Numbered from the stretch's first letter, positions 18,183 to 27,334 are shown. The stretch is DNA of 64,000 nt from an uncultured virus (IMG/VR IMGVR_UViG_3300017970_000189) (IMGVR_UViG_3300017970_000189), one strand, 5' to 3'. The notes: a model not told the origin generated them from the sequence alone. Numbers and translations are program-made.

Positions 18183-19598
18183 CTAACCTTCACGGTGAAT
18201 GATATGGGGCGCAGCCACCATCTGAACCGGACCGCTCGGCATCACCACTCCCATCGGCTGAGTCTGAGGATGAATCGGCGTCACCACAACCGGCTTCGAC
18301 TTCTGGGTGAGAGGCAACTCCACCGACCCAGGGCGTAAGCCACGGGAGCCCAGATCAGGCGACTGTACCTTGGGAGGCGGCGGAATCTGCCTGACCGGTG
18401 CCGTAACCGGGATCTGGGGAGAAGCTTGCGGAGCCTGTCTCGAAGAGGGCAGAACCACCTGGATCGTCTGGCCCATCGGGCTCCCCGCCGGCTGGAAAGA
18501 TCCGGGGCCTTGCATGACCGGAGCCGTCGGTACCACCGCCGGCGCCGGAGCGAACCGACTTGCGGGAGCCGGAACGGCGGAAGGACCCTGGGCGACGGGA
18601 GTCACGGAAACCGGCACCTGCGCCTGCGCCTGGGTCGGCACCATCACCGGAATGGAAGGCGGCATGACCCCCCGTTCCGGATTCTGGATCGGCGCAGGAA
18701 CCGAAGTCTGAGCTTGAACAGGAACCGCTACCGGAAGTGCTCCCCCCTCGGAATTCTGGATCGGCACCGGGACCGAAGTCTGGACCTGGATGGGCGTCTG
18801 AACCGCCACCGGGAGCGGAATTTGAGCTGGAGTCTCTACCGGCGCCGCTGGCACGACCAGCGGAGGCGGGGGGACCTTGGGTGAAGGCTTCTTTGAGATC
18901 ATCGTCAAAGCCTTGTCGACCTTTGGCTCCTTGACCGCAAGATTTTCCCCCGGAGGAGGAAGCGACAAGTGCTTCATCGAAGCCACGGCCGCCTGGAGAT
19001 CGTCCACGAAACTCCCGCTCAAGCCGCTCTCGATCCTTTCCTGGATGCGCTTGAGCGCATCGATCGCCGGCTTCGCATCCTCGACGAACTTCTTGGTGTC
19101 GTCGGAGACCTTCTTCAGCTCTCCATTGGATGTCTCGGCGGAATTCGTGATCTTGGACGTCGCGTCCCGGAGATCCTTGATGGTCCCCTTGATCTGATCG
19201 AGAAGGCCGGAATTAAGCTCCTCTTCCATCCGCTTCCCGATCCTCTGCCAGATTTCCAGCGCCGGCTCGATGTTTTTCTTGACTGCGGTGTTCAGAAGAT
19301 CGACGGTCTGCTCGATCGATTCCTGTCCACGGAAACCCACTTCCCGTGAAGGGACAAGAAAAATGTAAACAAACGCTAAAATCCAAATCAACGCTGCGAT
19401 CGGGATCGTGATCGCCCCGTTGAACGTCTGAAGACGCATGCTGGCCGTGTGAGGGACGAGGCAGAAGAACGTCACGCCCCCGATGATCGAGAATGCGGTC
19501 ATGACCGCCAGCCACGAACGCATCTTCGACGTGGTGCGGTTGTACCACTGGCGGATCGACTCGGGCTTTTCTGCCACAGGCTTCTGCTCGGTGCTCAT
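18183..19598 (-). CDS. Two N-terminal TMs, coiled coil and long Pro/Val/Gln-rich tail
   Basis: GGAG RBS; clear three-part composition. Confidence 0.8.
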   Translation of the reverse strand: MSTEQKPVAEKPESIRQWYNRTTSKMRSWLAVMTAFSIIGGVTFFCLVPHTASMRLQTFNGAITIPIAALIWILAFVYIFLVPSREVGFRGQESIEQTVDLLNTAVKKNIEPALEIWQRIGKRMEEELNSGLLDQIKGTIKDLRDATSKITNSAETSNGELKKVSDDTKKFVEDAKPAIDALKRIQERIESGLSGSFVDDLQAAVASMKHLSLPPPGENLAVKEPKVDKALTMISKKPSPKVPPPPLVVPAAPVETPAQIPLPVAVQTPIQVQTSVPVPIQNSEGGALPVAVPVQAQTSVPAPIQNPERGVMPPSIPVMVPTQAQAQVPVSVTPVAQGPSAVPAPASRFAPAPAVVPTAPVMQGPGSFQPAGSPMGQTIQVVLPSSRQAPQASPQIPVTAPVRQIPPPPKVQSPDLGSRGLRPGSVELPLTQKSKPVVVTPIHPQTQPMGVVMPSGPVQMVAAPHIIHREG

Positions 19599-19622
19599 GC
19601 GCGCTCTCCCACAATTCCTCCC

Positions 19623-20129
19623 TCAGAACTTGATGAGCGTGCCACCCACGCCCCAGGCAATCTTTCTCAGAAAATTCGGACCCTGCAGATGGGACTCATC
19701 AAAATCCCATCCCGCCCAAGGGCCTATCGTCACCTCGTACACGCTCACCAGCCTCTTCCCCAGATAAATATCCGCCATCTGGTCGCCGGCCCCAATCTGG
19801 AGCTCCCACCACCGGAGCTCTGGAACCTTGAACCGGAACGCCTCGACCTGCACTGTTGGGCTGATCTTCCCCTTCGGTTCGATCTCTCCGACCACGCCCG
19901 CGTGGATGTTCGGGAACCCGAGGATGGAATTCACCTCCGGCGTCTCCGGCTGGTAGACCCCATTCGCATCCACCTTCCCGGGAGCCGCCGTGGAATCATG
20001 GATCCCGTGCTCCCAGCCCCAATCGAATTCGAACGGCTTGTCATCCACGCCGCCGAAGTCGAGGGCCTTCATGACGCTGCATCCAGAGAGAGACGCCGCC
20101 AGGACGAACGCCAAAAACGTCCTCAGCAT
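19623..20129 (-). CDS. Lipoprotein with beta-strand-rich body ending in Phe
   Basis: MLRTFLAFVLAASLSG-C lipobox; alternating hydrophobic strands; ends WGVGGTLIKF. Confidence 0.7.
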   Translation of the reverse strand: MLRTFLAFVLAASLSGCSVMKALDFGGVDDKPFEFDWGWEHGIHDSTAAPGKVDANGVYQPETPEVNSILGFPNIHAGVVGEIEPKGKISPTVQVEAFRFKVPELRWWELQIGAGDQMADIYLGKRLVSVYEVTIGPWAGWDFDESHLQGPNFLRKIAWGVGGTLIKF

Positions 20130-20190
20130 CCGCTCTTGCAATGCGCCGTCGCGCGCAAGACCCACTTTCCCGTGCCCAGGAAATTCATGC

Positions 20191-20517
20191 TTATCCTTCG
20201 ATCAGGGTATAGGCGAGAATCCCCACGTTGAGGGCCGTGAAGAGGCCCGCTACGATCAGTGGGGTCGAACCCTTCTTCTTCAGGTTCAGGCTGCAATAGG
20301 CAGCCGCTCCTCCACCCAGGACTCCGGCGCCGGAGGCGACCAAAGCCAGGGTCTTGGTCGGGATCTTTCCGCCCTTTGCCGTACCCGGAGCCCGGGGAGC
20401 CGCAGGAGCCGCTCCTGGAGCGGGCGCGGGCGGAGCCGCGGCCGGCGGCGCCGTCGGAGCCTGGGCCATGTAGGCCCTCACTTGTGGCCGCATCACGGCC
20501 GGCTGAAATCCCAGCAT
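20191..20517 (-). CDS. Small two-TM membrane protein
   Basis: GAGGAGG RBS; RAYMAQA motif, Pro/Ala linker, two hydrophobic helices. Confidence 0.75.
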   Translation of the reverse strand: MLGFQPAVMRPQVRAYMAQAPTAPPAAAPPAPAPGAAPAAPRAPGTAKGGKIPTKTLALVASGAGVLGGGAAAYCSLNLKKKGSTPLIVAGLFTALNVGILAYTLIEG

Positions 20518-20528
20518 CTTGACCTCCT

Positions 20529-20864
20529 CTACAGGGCTACTTGAACCCCGGCGTTCTTCGCCAAATCCACCAACTGCGTGATCCAGTCCGCCAAGGACCA
20601 TTTCTGCTTCTCGGCCTTGTAAGCCTGGGCCACGAAGTACACTCTCCTAAGCGCAAAACCGATCGTCTCGAGATCGCTCTGATTCAGGCTCCCTTTTTCG
20701 AGCCTGAGCAGGATCTCGTTCACGACCTTAACCAGAAGTTCCCGGAAGGTCAGGTCGTCCGACCCGAGCGGATCCGGGAAAAACTGGCTTACCACCAACT
20801 TAAAAAAGAGCGTCAAGGCCCCGACATCCTTGCCGGTGGCCTTCCCTTGGATAAAAGCCATCAC
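20529..20864 (-). CDS. Hypothetical helical protein
   Basis: Overlaps the upstream stop; 111 aa. Confidence 0.7.
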   Translation of the reverse strand: MMAFIQGKATGKDVGALTLFFKLVVSQFFPDPLGSDDLTFRELLVKVVNEILLRLEKGSLNQSDLETIGFALRRVYFVAQAYKAEKQKWSLADWITQLVDLAKNAGVQVAL

Positions 20865-21349
20865 GCTGCCGGCGGCGGCGCCGGCGGCGTCGGAGCCGGC
20901 GCCGGGATCGTAGGGTTTCCGGCACCCGTGCCGGCCTCCACGGTCCCCAGCGCGCGCTGCAAGCTCACTTTTCCGTTTCTCCAGACGATCTTGAGGACGA
21001 TCTCCCCGGCCATCACGATCGAACCGAGGATGGGAAGATTCTCCACATCCGCGATCGCCATGTGCTTCCAGGAGGCATAAGCCCCGATGGCCGACCCCAC
21101 GAGCGCCGTCAGGACTCCCTGGGCGACATCGAAGTCCTCATGGCTGCCGTCAGAGGCCTTCTGTTGGGAAGCCCATCCGAAGATCGCCGACAGCAGTCCC
21201 GCGATCGCCCCCTTGGCGATGCCCCAACCCACCGACCCGGTTCCCGTGACGGCTGCCGGAACCGCCTGAAAGGAACAGAGGACGCAGAGCAAGCTCAGCA
21301 TTAAAAAGATGAACGATGCCGCCCTTGCGGGAATCTTGCCACCTCTCAT
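20861..21349 (-). CDS. Multi-pass membrane protein (holin-like)
   Basis: AAGGAG RBS; about four hydrophobic segments. Holin role is inference. Confidence 0.6.
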   Translation of the reverse strand: MRGGKIPARAASFIFLMLSLLCVLCSFQAVPAAVTGTGSVGWGIAKGAIAGLLSAIFGWASQQKASDGSHEDFDVAQGVLTALVGSAIGAYASWKHMAIADVENLPILGSIVMAGEIVLKIVWRNGKVSLQRALGTVEAGTGAGNPTIPAPAPTPPAPPPAA

Positions 21350-21463
21350 CTTGTCTCCTTCGCCCTTCCGGGCTTTTCCAAAATTTTTACGCCCGTGTCC
21401 GAGCGGCACAAGCCGCTACTCCCGCGCGAGAACCGCCCGGTTGGACACAGGCGGTTGTTCTTA

Positions 21464-21907
21464 TCACGCCAACTTGATGAATTCCTTGATGGATTCGGCT
21501 GCTGCCTTAAACCGGCTAGGCGCTTCCGAAACCACCTTGATATCCTCCGCAACCTTCCCGGCCAATCCCACCTTTCCCAAAAGATCGGCCGTCTTGAACG
21601 GCTTCTCGACGAAATCGACGATCTTGTACTTCCGGAGCGACTCGAAGGTTTCCGCCTTCGGATAGGCGCCGGAAAGGACGATGACGGGCGCGTAATGCCC
21701 ACCCCTCCGGAACTGATCCAAAAATACCTCTCCGTTCTCATTGCCCAGCTTCAAGTCCAGAAGCACGATGTCCGCTCCCGGTGCCTTCTCCAGGCCTTGC
21801 TTCACGGTATCCGCCTCCATGACCTCATGGCCGTTGTTCACCAAAACCACGCTGAGAGCCTTCCGAAGTGCAGCATCGTCCTCGACCAACAGAACTTTTC
21901 TCTTCAT
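21464..21907 (-). CDS. Single-domain response-regulator receiver (CheY-like)
   Basis: VLLVEDD, DIVLLDLKL (phosphoacceptor Asp), PVIVLSG, FVEKPF; GGAGG RBS. Confidence 0.92.
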   Translation of the reverse strand: MKRKVLLVEDDAALRKALSVVLVNNGHEVMEADTVKQGLEKAPGADIVLLDLKLGNENGEVFLDQFRRGGHYAPVIVLSGAYPKAETFESLRKYKIVDFVEKPFKTADLLGKVGLAGKVAEDIKVVSEAPSRFKAAAESIKEFIKLA

Positions 21908-21918
21908 ACTGCCCTCCG

Positions 21919-22188
21919 TCAATGGATCTTCGTCAGGCCGTAGGTCACGGCTCCGCCGATCACCGCGGCCAGGATGATCTTCAGAACATCCCACCATTTC
22001 TTGTCCGAGCTCGAGCCCTTATCCTTCAGTTCATGGATCTCACGCCATGCCTGCTTAAGGCTTGAATCCAGCGTTATCAGCTTCTCCCTCGTTTCATTCA
22101 GCTTCTTTCCGAGCTCCTCCAGAACCGGAACGATCGACTTCAGTTGACCGGAGATCTCTCCGATCTTGATTTCCAGGTCGCCCGCCAT
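21919..22188 (-). CDS. Coiled coil plus C-terminal TM (XhlA/holin-like)
   Basis: Heptad pattern followed by WWDVLKIILAAVIGGAVTY. Confidence 0.65.
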   Translation of the reverse strand: MAGDLEIKIGEISGQLKSIVPVLEELGKKLNETREKLITLDSSLKQAWREIHELKDKGSSSDKKWWDVLKIILAAVIGGAVTYGLTKIH

Positions 22189-22252
22189 AGCGCAATCTCC
22201 TCTTACTCGCCTACCCCGGTCGCTATGGCCATCTCAAATTTTCAATCGCTAC

Positions 22253-22960
22253 TTATGCGAGGAGGCTCCACAGAACCACCCCGACCACCGCGAGAACTCC
22301 CACGCCGGCCACGATCTCAATTCCGCTCACGGTCTTCTCGAAAGGCTCCTTGACCGGAACCGCAGCCGCTTCGGCACTGACCACCAGTTTCTCGGCTTTT
22401 TCCACGAGAGCCTGGGCATCCCGGACGTGCCGCTGCGTGTGCTGTTCCGCCAGGGCCTCGTGCCCCGGCTGGATGGCCTGAAGATCCTGACCTTGAACGA
22501 AATTGACGATCTGGCCGGCTTTCGTCCGAAGAGCATCGACCGAAGCCTGCTGATCGGACGACAAATAATGGGAGAGCGCCCCCGCTTTTAGCCGCGCGGC
22601 AAGGGCATCCAGTTGCTGGGCATCCATCAGAATGACCGACCGCACCTCCTGGGGCGTGAACGTGGACCCGATATCCGAGATTTCCTGATACGCCGTGGGA
22701 TCCGCCCTCAGCGACGACCCTGACACGTCATCCGATTCCACCTGGAGCGCATCGAGCTCATAGTCAATCTTCTGGATCGCCTGATCGATGATCGACCGGA
22801 TGTCCGCGACCTTGGAATCGCTGACGCTGACCGGAGCCGCCGGAGGCATCGGGGAAGCAGGCGTCTGGGCCTGTCCCAGGAACATATGACGCCTTCCCCA
22901 GCTCCCGCCGCCCCGGAAGGGATCGACCGCCATGGGACTGAGCACCGGAGAGACGATCAT
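22253..22960 (-). CDS. Helical protein with C-terminal TM anchor
   Basis: ATGA overlap; HMFLGQA motif; C-terminal TM. Confidence 0.8.
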   Translation of the reverse strand: MIVSPVLSPMAVDPFRGGGSWGRRHMFLGQAQTPASPMPPAAPVSVSDSKVADIRSIIDQAIQKIDYELDALQVESDDVSGSSLRADPTAYQEISDIGSTFTPQEVRSVILMDAQQLDALAARLKAGALSHYLSSDQQASVDALRTKAGQIVNFVQGQDLQAIQPGHEALAEQHTQRHVRDAQALVEKAEKLVVSAEAAAVPVKEPFEKTVSGIEIVAGVGVLAVVGVVLWSLLA

Positions 22961-24264
22961 CCCGTCGCTCCCGCAGGATGCAGCCTGTGCTTCTCGTGGT
23001 GATGATGGGACTGAGACGAACCCGACAGATATCCGAAGAGGGCCGGGATCCCGAAGAAAGCCACTCCGACCACCGCAGCGCCCACGATCAAGGTCGTCCA
23101 AGGGAATTCGAATCCGAAGATTACGGAGAAGAAGCTGTTCGCGGCCTTAATCTTCGCAATCCGATCCGCCTTTTCAGAAGGGCTGAGCCTCGGATCCCCC
23201 TGGATGTTCTGCACGGCGACATTGAGAAGATTGTTGTTGGTCGTGATATGGTTCCAGAGCCACCAGGCGGACAGGATGGCGACGATGGCCGTGATGATGA
23301 TGCCCAGGATGAGCATCGGTCCGACGCCCAATCTCAGATTCGCCCCGGACATGTCCAATTTCTTGAAGCTGACTCCGAGATCCTCGAAGGTGCCTTCCAG
23401 CCTGAGACCCTCGTCCCAAAGATCCTTCTGGTTCATCTGCGAATATTCGATCACGAGATCAGGATCTAGGGGATTGGTCCCTAACGTGCGGCTGTAAATC
23501 ACTCCCGGATTCGCCGGATCCGTGCCCAAGACCTCGTACCGGATCGTGATGGGAGGATACCTCCTGTCCGGATCCGCATTGGTCTGGTCCCCGTTGGACA
23601 GTTCCCACGCCACCCGGTCGCGGAGGAGAAGGAACTTCCGGCTGATGTCCTGGGCCTTGGGCTCGACCTTGGTCGCATCCTGAAGCACGGTCGCCGCCTG
23701 GTCTGCCGCCTTGGCATTCGTCGGATCCAGGGTTTTGAAGTAGGGAGACGCTGCATTAAGCGCCGCCGTCATGAGATCGACAGACTGGGCGAAAGCTCCC
23801 TGGAACGGCGTGCCGTCTCCTTTGCGGAGGCCGATCGCCGTCAGCGTGCTCAGGTACTGATAGCCGTTCAGGAACTGGATCCTCTCCTTGTATCCCCAGG
23901 CCCGGTAATCGGCCACCTCGTCCGTGCTCAAGGTGTTGAGCGCCGCTTCCAGGCTGGGCTCCGTGCCAAGGCTGGGTTCCGTTCCGGTATTCTGGCCCAT
24001 CCGATAATGATGAGCAGGGAGCGCCCTCTGAACCGGCACAGCGATACCCATGGGAACGGAAGCCCGAGCCGGAGGCGCTACCGGTGCCGCGACCGGCGGC
24101 GCAGGAGGAGCCGGCGGCGGTGCCGCCGCTTTCGGCGCAGGCTGATTCGGCCGGATCGACTGAGTCTGTCCCAATCTCGGAGCTCCAGGCGCGACGATAG
24201 GATGAGCCAGAGCCCGGTTCAGGGCTGAGATTCCCAGTTGCTGGCCGAAGGGCACGAAATTCAT
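22957..24264 (-). CDS. Membrane protein, first gene of the leftward structural operon
   Basis: AAGG RBS; PRLGQ and YRMGQ motifs; GTEPSL tandem repeat; two TMs. Confidence 0.8.
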   Translation of the reverse strand: MNFVPFGQQLGISALNRALAHPIVAPGAPRLGQTQSIRPNQPAPKAAAPPPAPPAPPVAAPVAPPARASVPMGIAVPVQRALPAHHYRMGQNTGTEPSLGTEPSLEAALNTLSTDEVADYRAWGYKERIQFLNGYQYLSTLTAIGLRKGDGTPFQGAFAQSVDLMTAALNAASPYFKTLDPTNAKAADQAATVLQDATKVEPKAQDISRKFLLLRDRVAWELSNGDQTNADPDRRYPPITIRYEVLGTDPANPGVIYSRTLGTNPLDPDLVIEYSQMNQKDLWDEGLRLEGTFEDLGVSFKKLDMSGANLRLGVGPMLILGIIITAIVAILSAWWLWNHITTNNNLLNVAVQNIQGDPRLSPSEKADRIAKIKAANSFFSVIFGFEFPWTTLIVGAAVVGVAFFGIPALFGYLSGSSQSHHHHEKHRLHPAGATG

Positions 24265-24362
24265 CCTTCGACACTCCGGAGCCGACAGCTCCGTGCCCCC
24301 ACAAAGGAATGAACCATGGAATCCCTTCCAATAAAGGAAGATATTGTGGGGGAGGTGACTAG

Positions 24363-24391
24363 ATTATACGTTGCGGCCCCGACAAATCCAA
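24363..24391 (-). promoter_or_regulatory. sigma70-type promoter for the structural operon
   Basis: TTGGAT-N17-TATAAT on the minus strand in an AT-rich gap. Confidence 0.7.
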
Positions 24392-24430
24392 TGAAATAAT
24401 GCGGATTTGGCGGGTCAGCCGATAGGCGAC

Positions 24431-25234
24431 TCAGGTTCTTTCAGGAAACCGCGGATCGTAGGCCAGGGATTCCGGCACCAACTCCAGCTTCCAGGGCATG
24501 TTTCTGGCTGGCACCGCTCTCCGGAAGGTCTCCGGGGCCTTCGGGTTGGGATGAAGATTCTCCATCTGCCAGGTCCAGCGCATCCAGACTCGGTCCATCC
24601 AGTCCGCCTTGGTCTCAGCGGCATGGCTGAAGGCGGAGAGCTTGCGCCTCATCTTCTCCTCGCTTCTCACATAGGAGAGGTGGTGGCACATGATGACCTC
24701 GTGGGGGAATACGGTCCAGCGACCGCTCCCGACCATGTAACACCGGCCTTCATTGAAGAAGATCTCCCCGGGAGCGGTGCTTGCGATGGCCGGCAGCGCG
24801 AGGGTCGGATTCTCGATCGCCGTCTCGCGATCCTTCCAGTAAATCACCTGGGAGAGCAGGAAGGCCGTCGATTTCTTCTCCCTGGAAATGATGTCCTTGA
24901 CCGCGTAAAGCTCCTTCCGGTTGAACATCTCATCATCGTCCACGATCAGGCACCAATCGCACCCGAGCGCATGAAGCATGGCGAGCCCGTCGTTTCGCTC
25001 CTCCGCTTCGGTCACCCAATAGCGGGAGCTGATGACGAACTTTTTGTCCGGATCCGGAAGCGACGCGATCAACTTGAGCGTCTCCGCGGGCAATGCGCGC
25101 GTGCCTTCACCCTTCCAAGGCTCCAGCCCGATCAGAAACACGATCTTGTCCATGAGGGGGTAGATCCGGTGGACCGATTCCGAGAGGAACCCGGAATCCT
25201 CATAGACGCAGTATTGAGCGCCGATCTTATTCAT
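24431..25234 (-). CDS. GT-A fold (family 2-like) glycosyltransferase
   Basis: TEAEERN...DWCLIVDDDE (DxD)...HHLSYVR...RRKL; TGATG overlap. Confidence 0.75.
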   Translation of the reverse strand: MNKIGAQYCVYEDSGFLSESVHRIYPLMDKIVFLIGLEPWKGEGTRALPAETLKLIASLPDPDKKFVISSRYWVTEAEERNDGLAMLHALGCDWCLIVDDDEMFNRKELYAVKDIISREKKSTAFLLSQVIYWKDRETAIENPTLALPAIASTAPGEIFFNEGRCYMVGSGRWTVFPHEVIMCHHLSYVRSEEKMRRKLSAFSHAAETKADWMDRVWMRWTWQMENLHPNPKAPETFRRAVPARNMPWKLELVPESLAYDPRFPERT

Positions 25235-26061
25235 CAGAATCCGTACGAGTTTTGAGGTTCGGCTCCGACTTCCATGAGCAGCCGGTTCCTGAGCTCCTGA
25301 AGCTCCCATTCCTGCCGGCTGTATTGTTTCAGCGGTCGTACCCTATCTCCGTAAGCCAGGATCCAGCACTTATGTCCGAACTCCATCTTCCACTTCATTA
25401 AAGCAAGATCATCCTTCATTTTTTCGCAAACGGCCAACACCGAATTCTTGGGATCCTCCTGGGTCTTCGGCATGAATGGCCGCTGATAGGGATCCTCAAT
25501 TCCTCCCGTCTCGATCACCGGAGTTCCCACACGATTCCCCGTCGCTCGAAAGGAGTATTCCTCTCCTTCGATCAAGCTTTTGAGAGCCAGCACATGATCC
25601 GTTTCCGGGATTACATGGCGGTCGCGCGTCACGACGCACCACCCCTGGATCGGACGGCCATCGGAAAGTTCCACCACCGTCGTATACCGCCGGACGATAT
25701 AGAGATGCTTCGTCAAGTTTCCGAGCGCCGCGATCATCCCGATATGACAGTAGAGTGCAAACCGTTCCTCATCGCATTCCGATGCCAGCAGCTTCATGGC
25801 CCTGCGTTCCGGCTCGAGGACTAGGCCAGCCGCGCGAGCCGTCCAGAAATCGAGATTCCGGTCGGGCCCCCACAGGTGCTTCCCGACAGGACCGATAGGA
25901 GCGCCTCCGTCATTTTGAAAATTCTGTGGATTTAGCTGGAGATAAATGCCGGGATCGAAGTTGCTTCCGGTGTAAGGAGAGACCGAGCTCGTCGTGATAT
26001 TCGCTCCAAGCATCCCGGTCGCTGTGGAAGCGTTGCTGCTGTTATAAAGATTCACCCGCAT
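25234..26061 (-). CDS. Hypothetical protein, partner of the GG-tailed protein
   Basis: WC...P-x-x-D-x-VLALK-x-LIE-x-EE-x-x-F-x3-N segment looks like a conserved domain. Confidence 0.7.
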   Translation of the reverse strand: MRVNLYNSSNASTATGMLGANITTSSVSPYTGSNFDPGIYLQLNPQNFQNDGGAPIGPVGKHLWGPDRNLDFWTARAAGLVLEPERRAMKLLASECDEERFALYCHIGMIAALGNLTKHLYIVRRYTTVVELSDGRPIQGWCVVTRDRHVIPETDHVLALKSLIEGEEYSFRATGNRVGTPVIETGGIEDPYQRPFMPKTQEDPKNSVLAVCEKMKDDLALMKWKMEFGHKCWILAYGDRVRPLKQYSRQEWELQELRNRLLMEVGAEPQNSYGF

Positions 26062-26064
26062 CCT

Positions 26065-26493
26065 CTAACCCCCTCCGACCGGGGCGACCGACTTCACCTT
26101 CTGGGGTTTCTCCTTCTCCTCGAATTCCCCGCTTTTAAGCACCTTCCAAGAATTGTCCTCCTGGCTCTCCATGACCACGCGCCCAGCTTCGATTTCTTTA
26201 TCTATGCAGGCCTTGATGATCCAGATCACGCTCTCCCTTTTTCCCTTGAGCACGATCTCCCCTTTCTTCTCCATGATCTTGCCCAGGACGCTCTGATCTT
26301 CCAGAGGTTTCCGGTTCCCCTTCTTATCGGCCGTATGGACGGTCATTTCTTCTTTTTTCCCACGCTCGATCAGGATGTCGATGAGGCCACGTTCGCCCGG
26401 AGTCGTCTTCGAGAACTCGATCCGGATCTCTTCGCCTTCGAATGTCGCCTGAACGTGGCCGCTGGGCCCCAGTGCCGCGAAATCCAGGTTCAT
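26065..26493 (-). CDS. Small protein ending in VAPVGGG (ubiquitin-like C-terminus)
   Basis: AGGAGGGAG RBS; C-terminal glycines directly before the stop. Confidence 0.65.
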   Translation of the reverse strand: MNLDFAALGPSGHVQATFEGEEIRIEFSKTTPGERGLIDILIERGKKEEMTVHTADKKGNRKPLEDQSVLGKIMEKKGEIVLKGKRESVIWIIKACIDKEIEAGRVVMESQEDNSWKVLKSGEFEEKEKPQKVKSVAPVGGG

Positions 26494-26505
26494 GATCTCT
26501 CCCTC

Positions 26506-26850
26506 CTAAATCGTATTGTTATCCGGCTGTTCTGCTCCCGGTACCGGTTGCACTGGCGCAGGGGCATATACTTGAATTGGATTCGGCTGTTGCTGTCCAA
26601 AAATTCCTGTCTGCGCCGGATCGGCCATCGCCATCTCCCGGGCCGAACCCGGTTCGGGCTTCTTCAGCGCGTTCGTCGGCCAGATCGTATCGACAAAAGC
26701 CAGATCCAAAAGCGCCCGCATCCGCATCCGGATATGAACGCGCTCGTTGAGATCCTTTTTCTCGATGAATTCCTTGGTCAATTCTGCCATGAGCCCAGGG
26801 AGCTGGGCAAGCATCGCCTCCAGCTCCTTCCCATGCCCATTCGCTTCCAT
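26506..26850 (-). CDS. Hypothetical protein
   Basis: AAGGT RBS; helical region then Gln/Pro-rich tail. Confidence 0.65.
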   Translation of the reverse strand: MEANGHGKELEAMLAQLPGLMAELTKEFIEKKDLNERVHIRMRMRALLDLAFVDTIWPTNALKKPEPGSAREMAMADPAQTGIFGQQQPNPIQVYAPAPVQPVPGAEQPDNNTI

Positions 26851-26854
26851 CACC

Positions 26855-27106
26855 TTACCTTCCTCTCGACTCCAGCACCGATTGCATGCCGTCCACGAGC
26901 GCCTTCGTCTGGCGCGACTGCCCCGCGACCGCCGTCTGATCGGCGAAGAACTGCTTGAAGATCGTCTCCGCCATCTCGAGTACGGAGTCCGATCCCCAAT
27001 TCTTCTCATGAGCGATCGTCTCGGCTTCCCGGAGACATTTCCTGTAGATCGAGGTATAGAACTCGATGTTAAGATCGACTTGATCCTTTTTTACCGGCGC
27101 CGTCAT
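26855..27106 (-). CDS. Hypothetical protein
   Basis: ATGA overlap; 83 aa. Confidence 0.7.
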   Translation of the reverse strand: MTAPVKKDQVDLNIEFYTSIYRKCLREAETIAHEKNWGSDSVLEMAETIFKQFFADQTAVAGQSRQTKALVDGMQSVLESRGR

Positions 27107-27333
27107 TCATCCACCTTCGGTTCCACGTACTCCAGGCTGCATCCCAGGGCCGGCTCCATCATCTTCCTGGCCTTGTAACTGGGATATTTCTCCCCCTCCA
27201 CGATCCGGCAGACATAATCGAAGGGAAGTCCAGAAGCCCCGGCAAGATCCTCTACGGTCAAGCCGATCGCCTTCATCCGGTACCGAATCAGGCGAGCCAT
27301 CGCATCCTTCCAGTCCTGATAGGAGACTACCAT
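27103..27333 (-). CDS. XRE/Cro-family HTH regulator
   Basis: GLTVEDLAGASGL...YVCRIVEGEKYPS...ALGC. Confidence 0.85.
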   Translation of the reverse strand: MVVSYQDWKDAMARLIRYRMKAIGLTVEDLAGASGLPFDYVCRIVEGEKYPSYKARKMMEPALGCSLEYVEPKVDE

Positions 27334-27334
27334 C

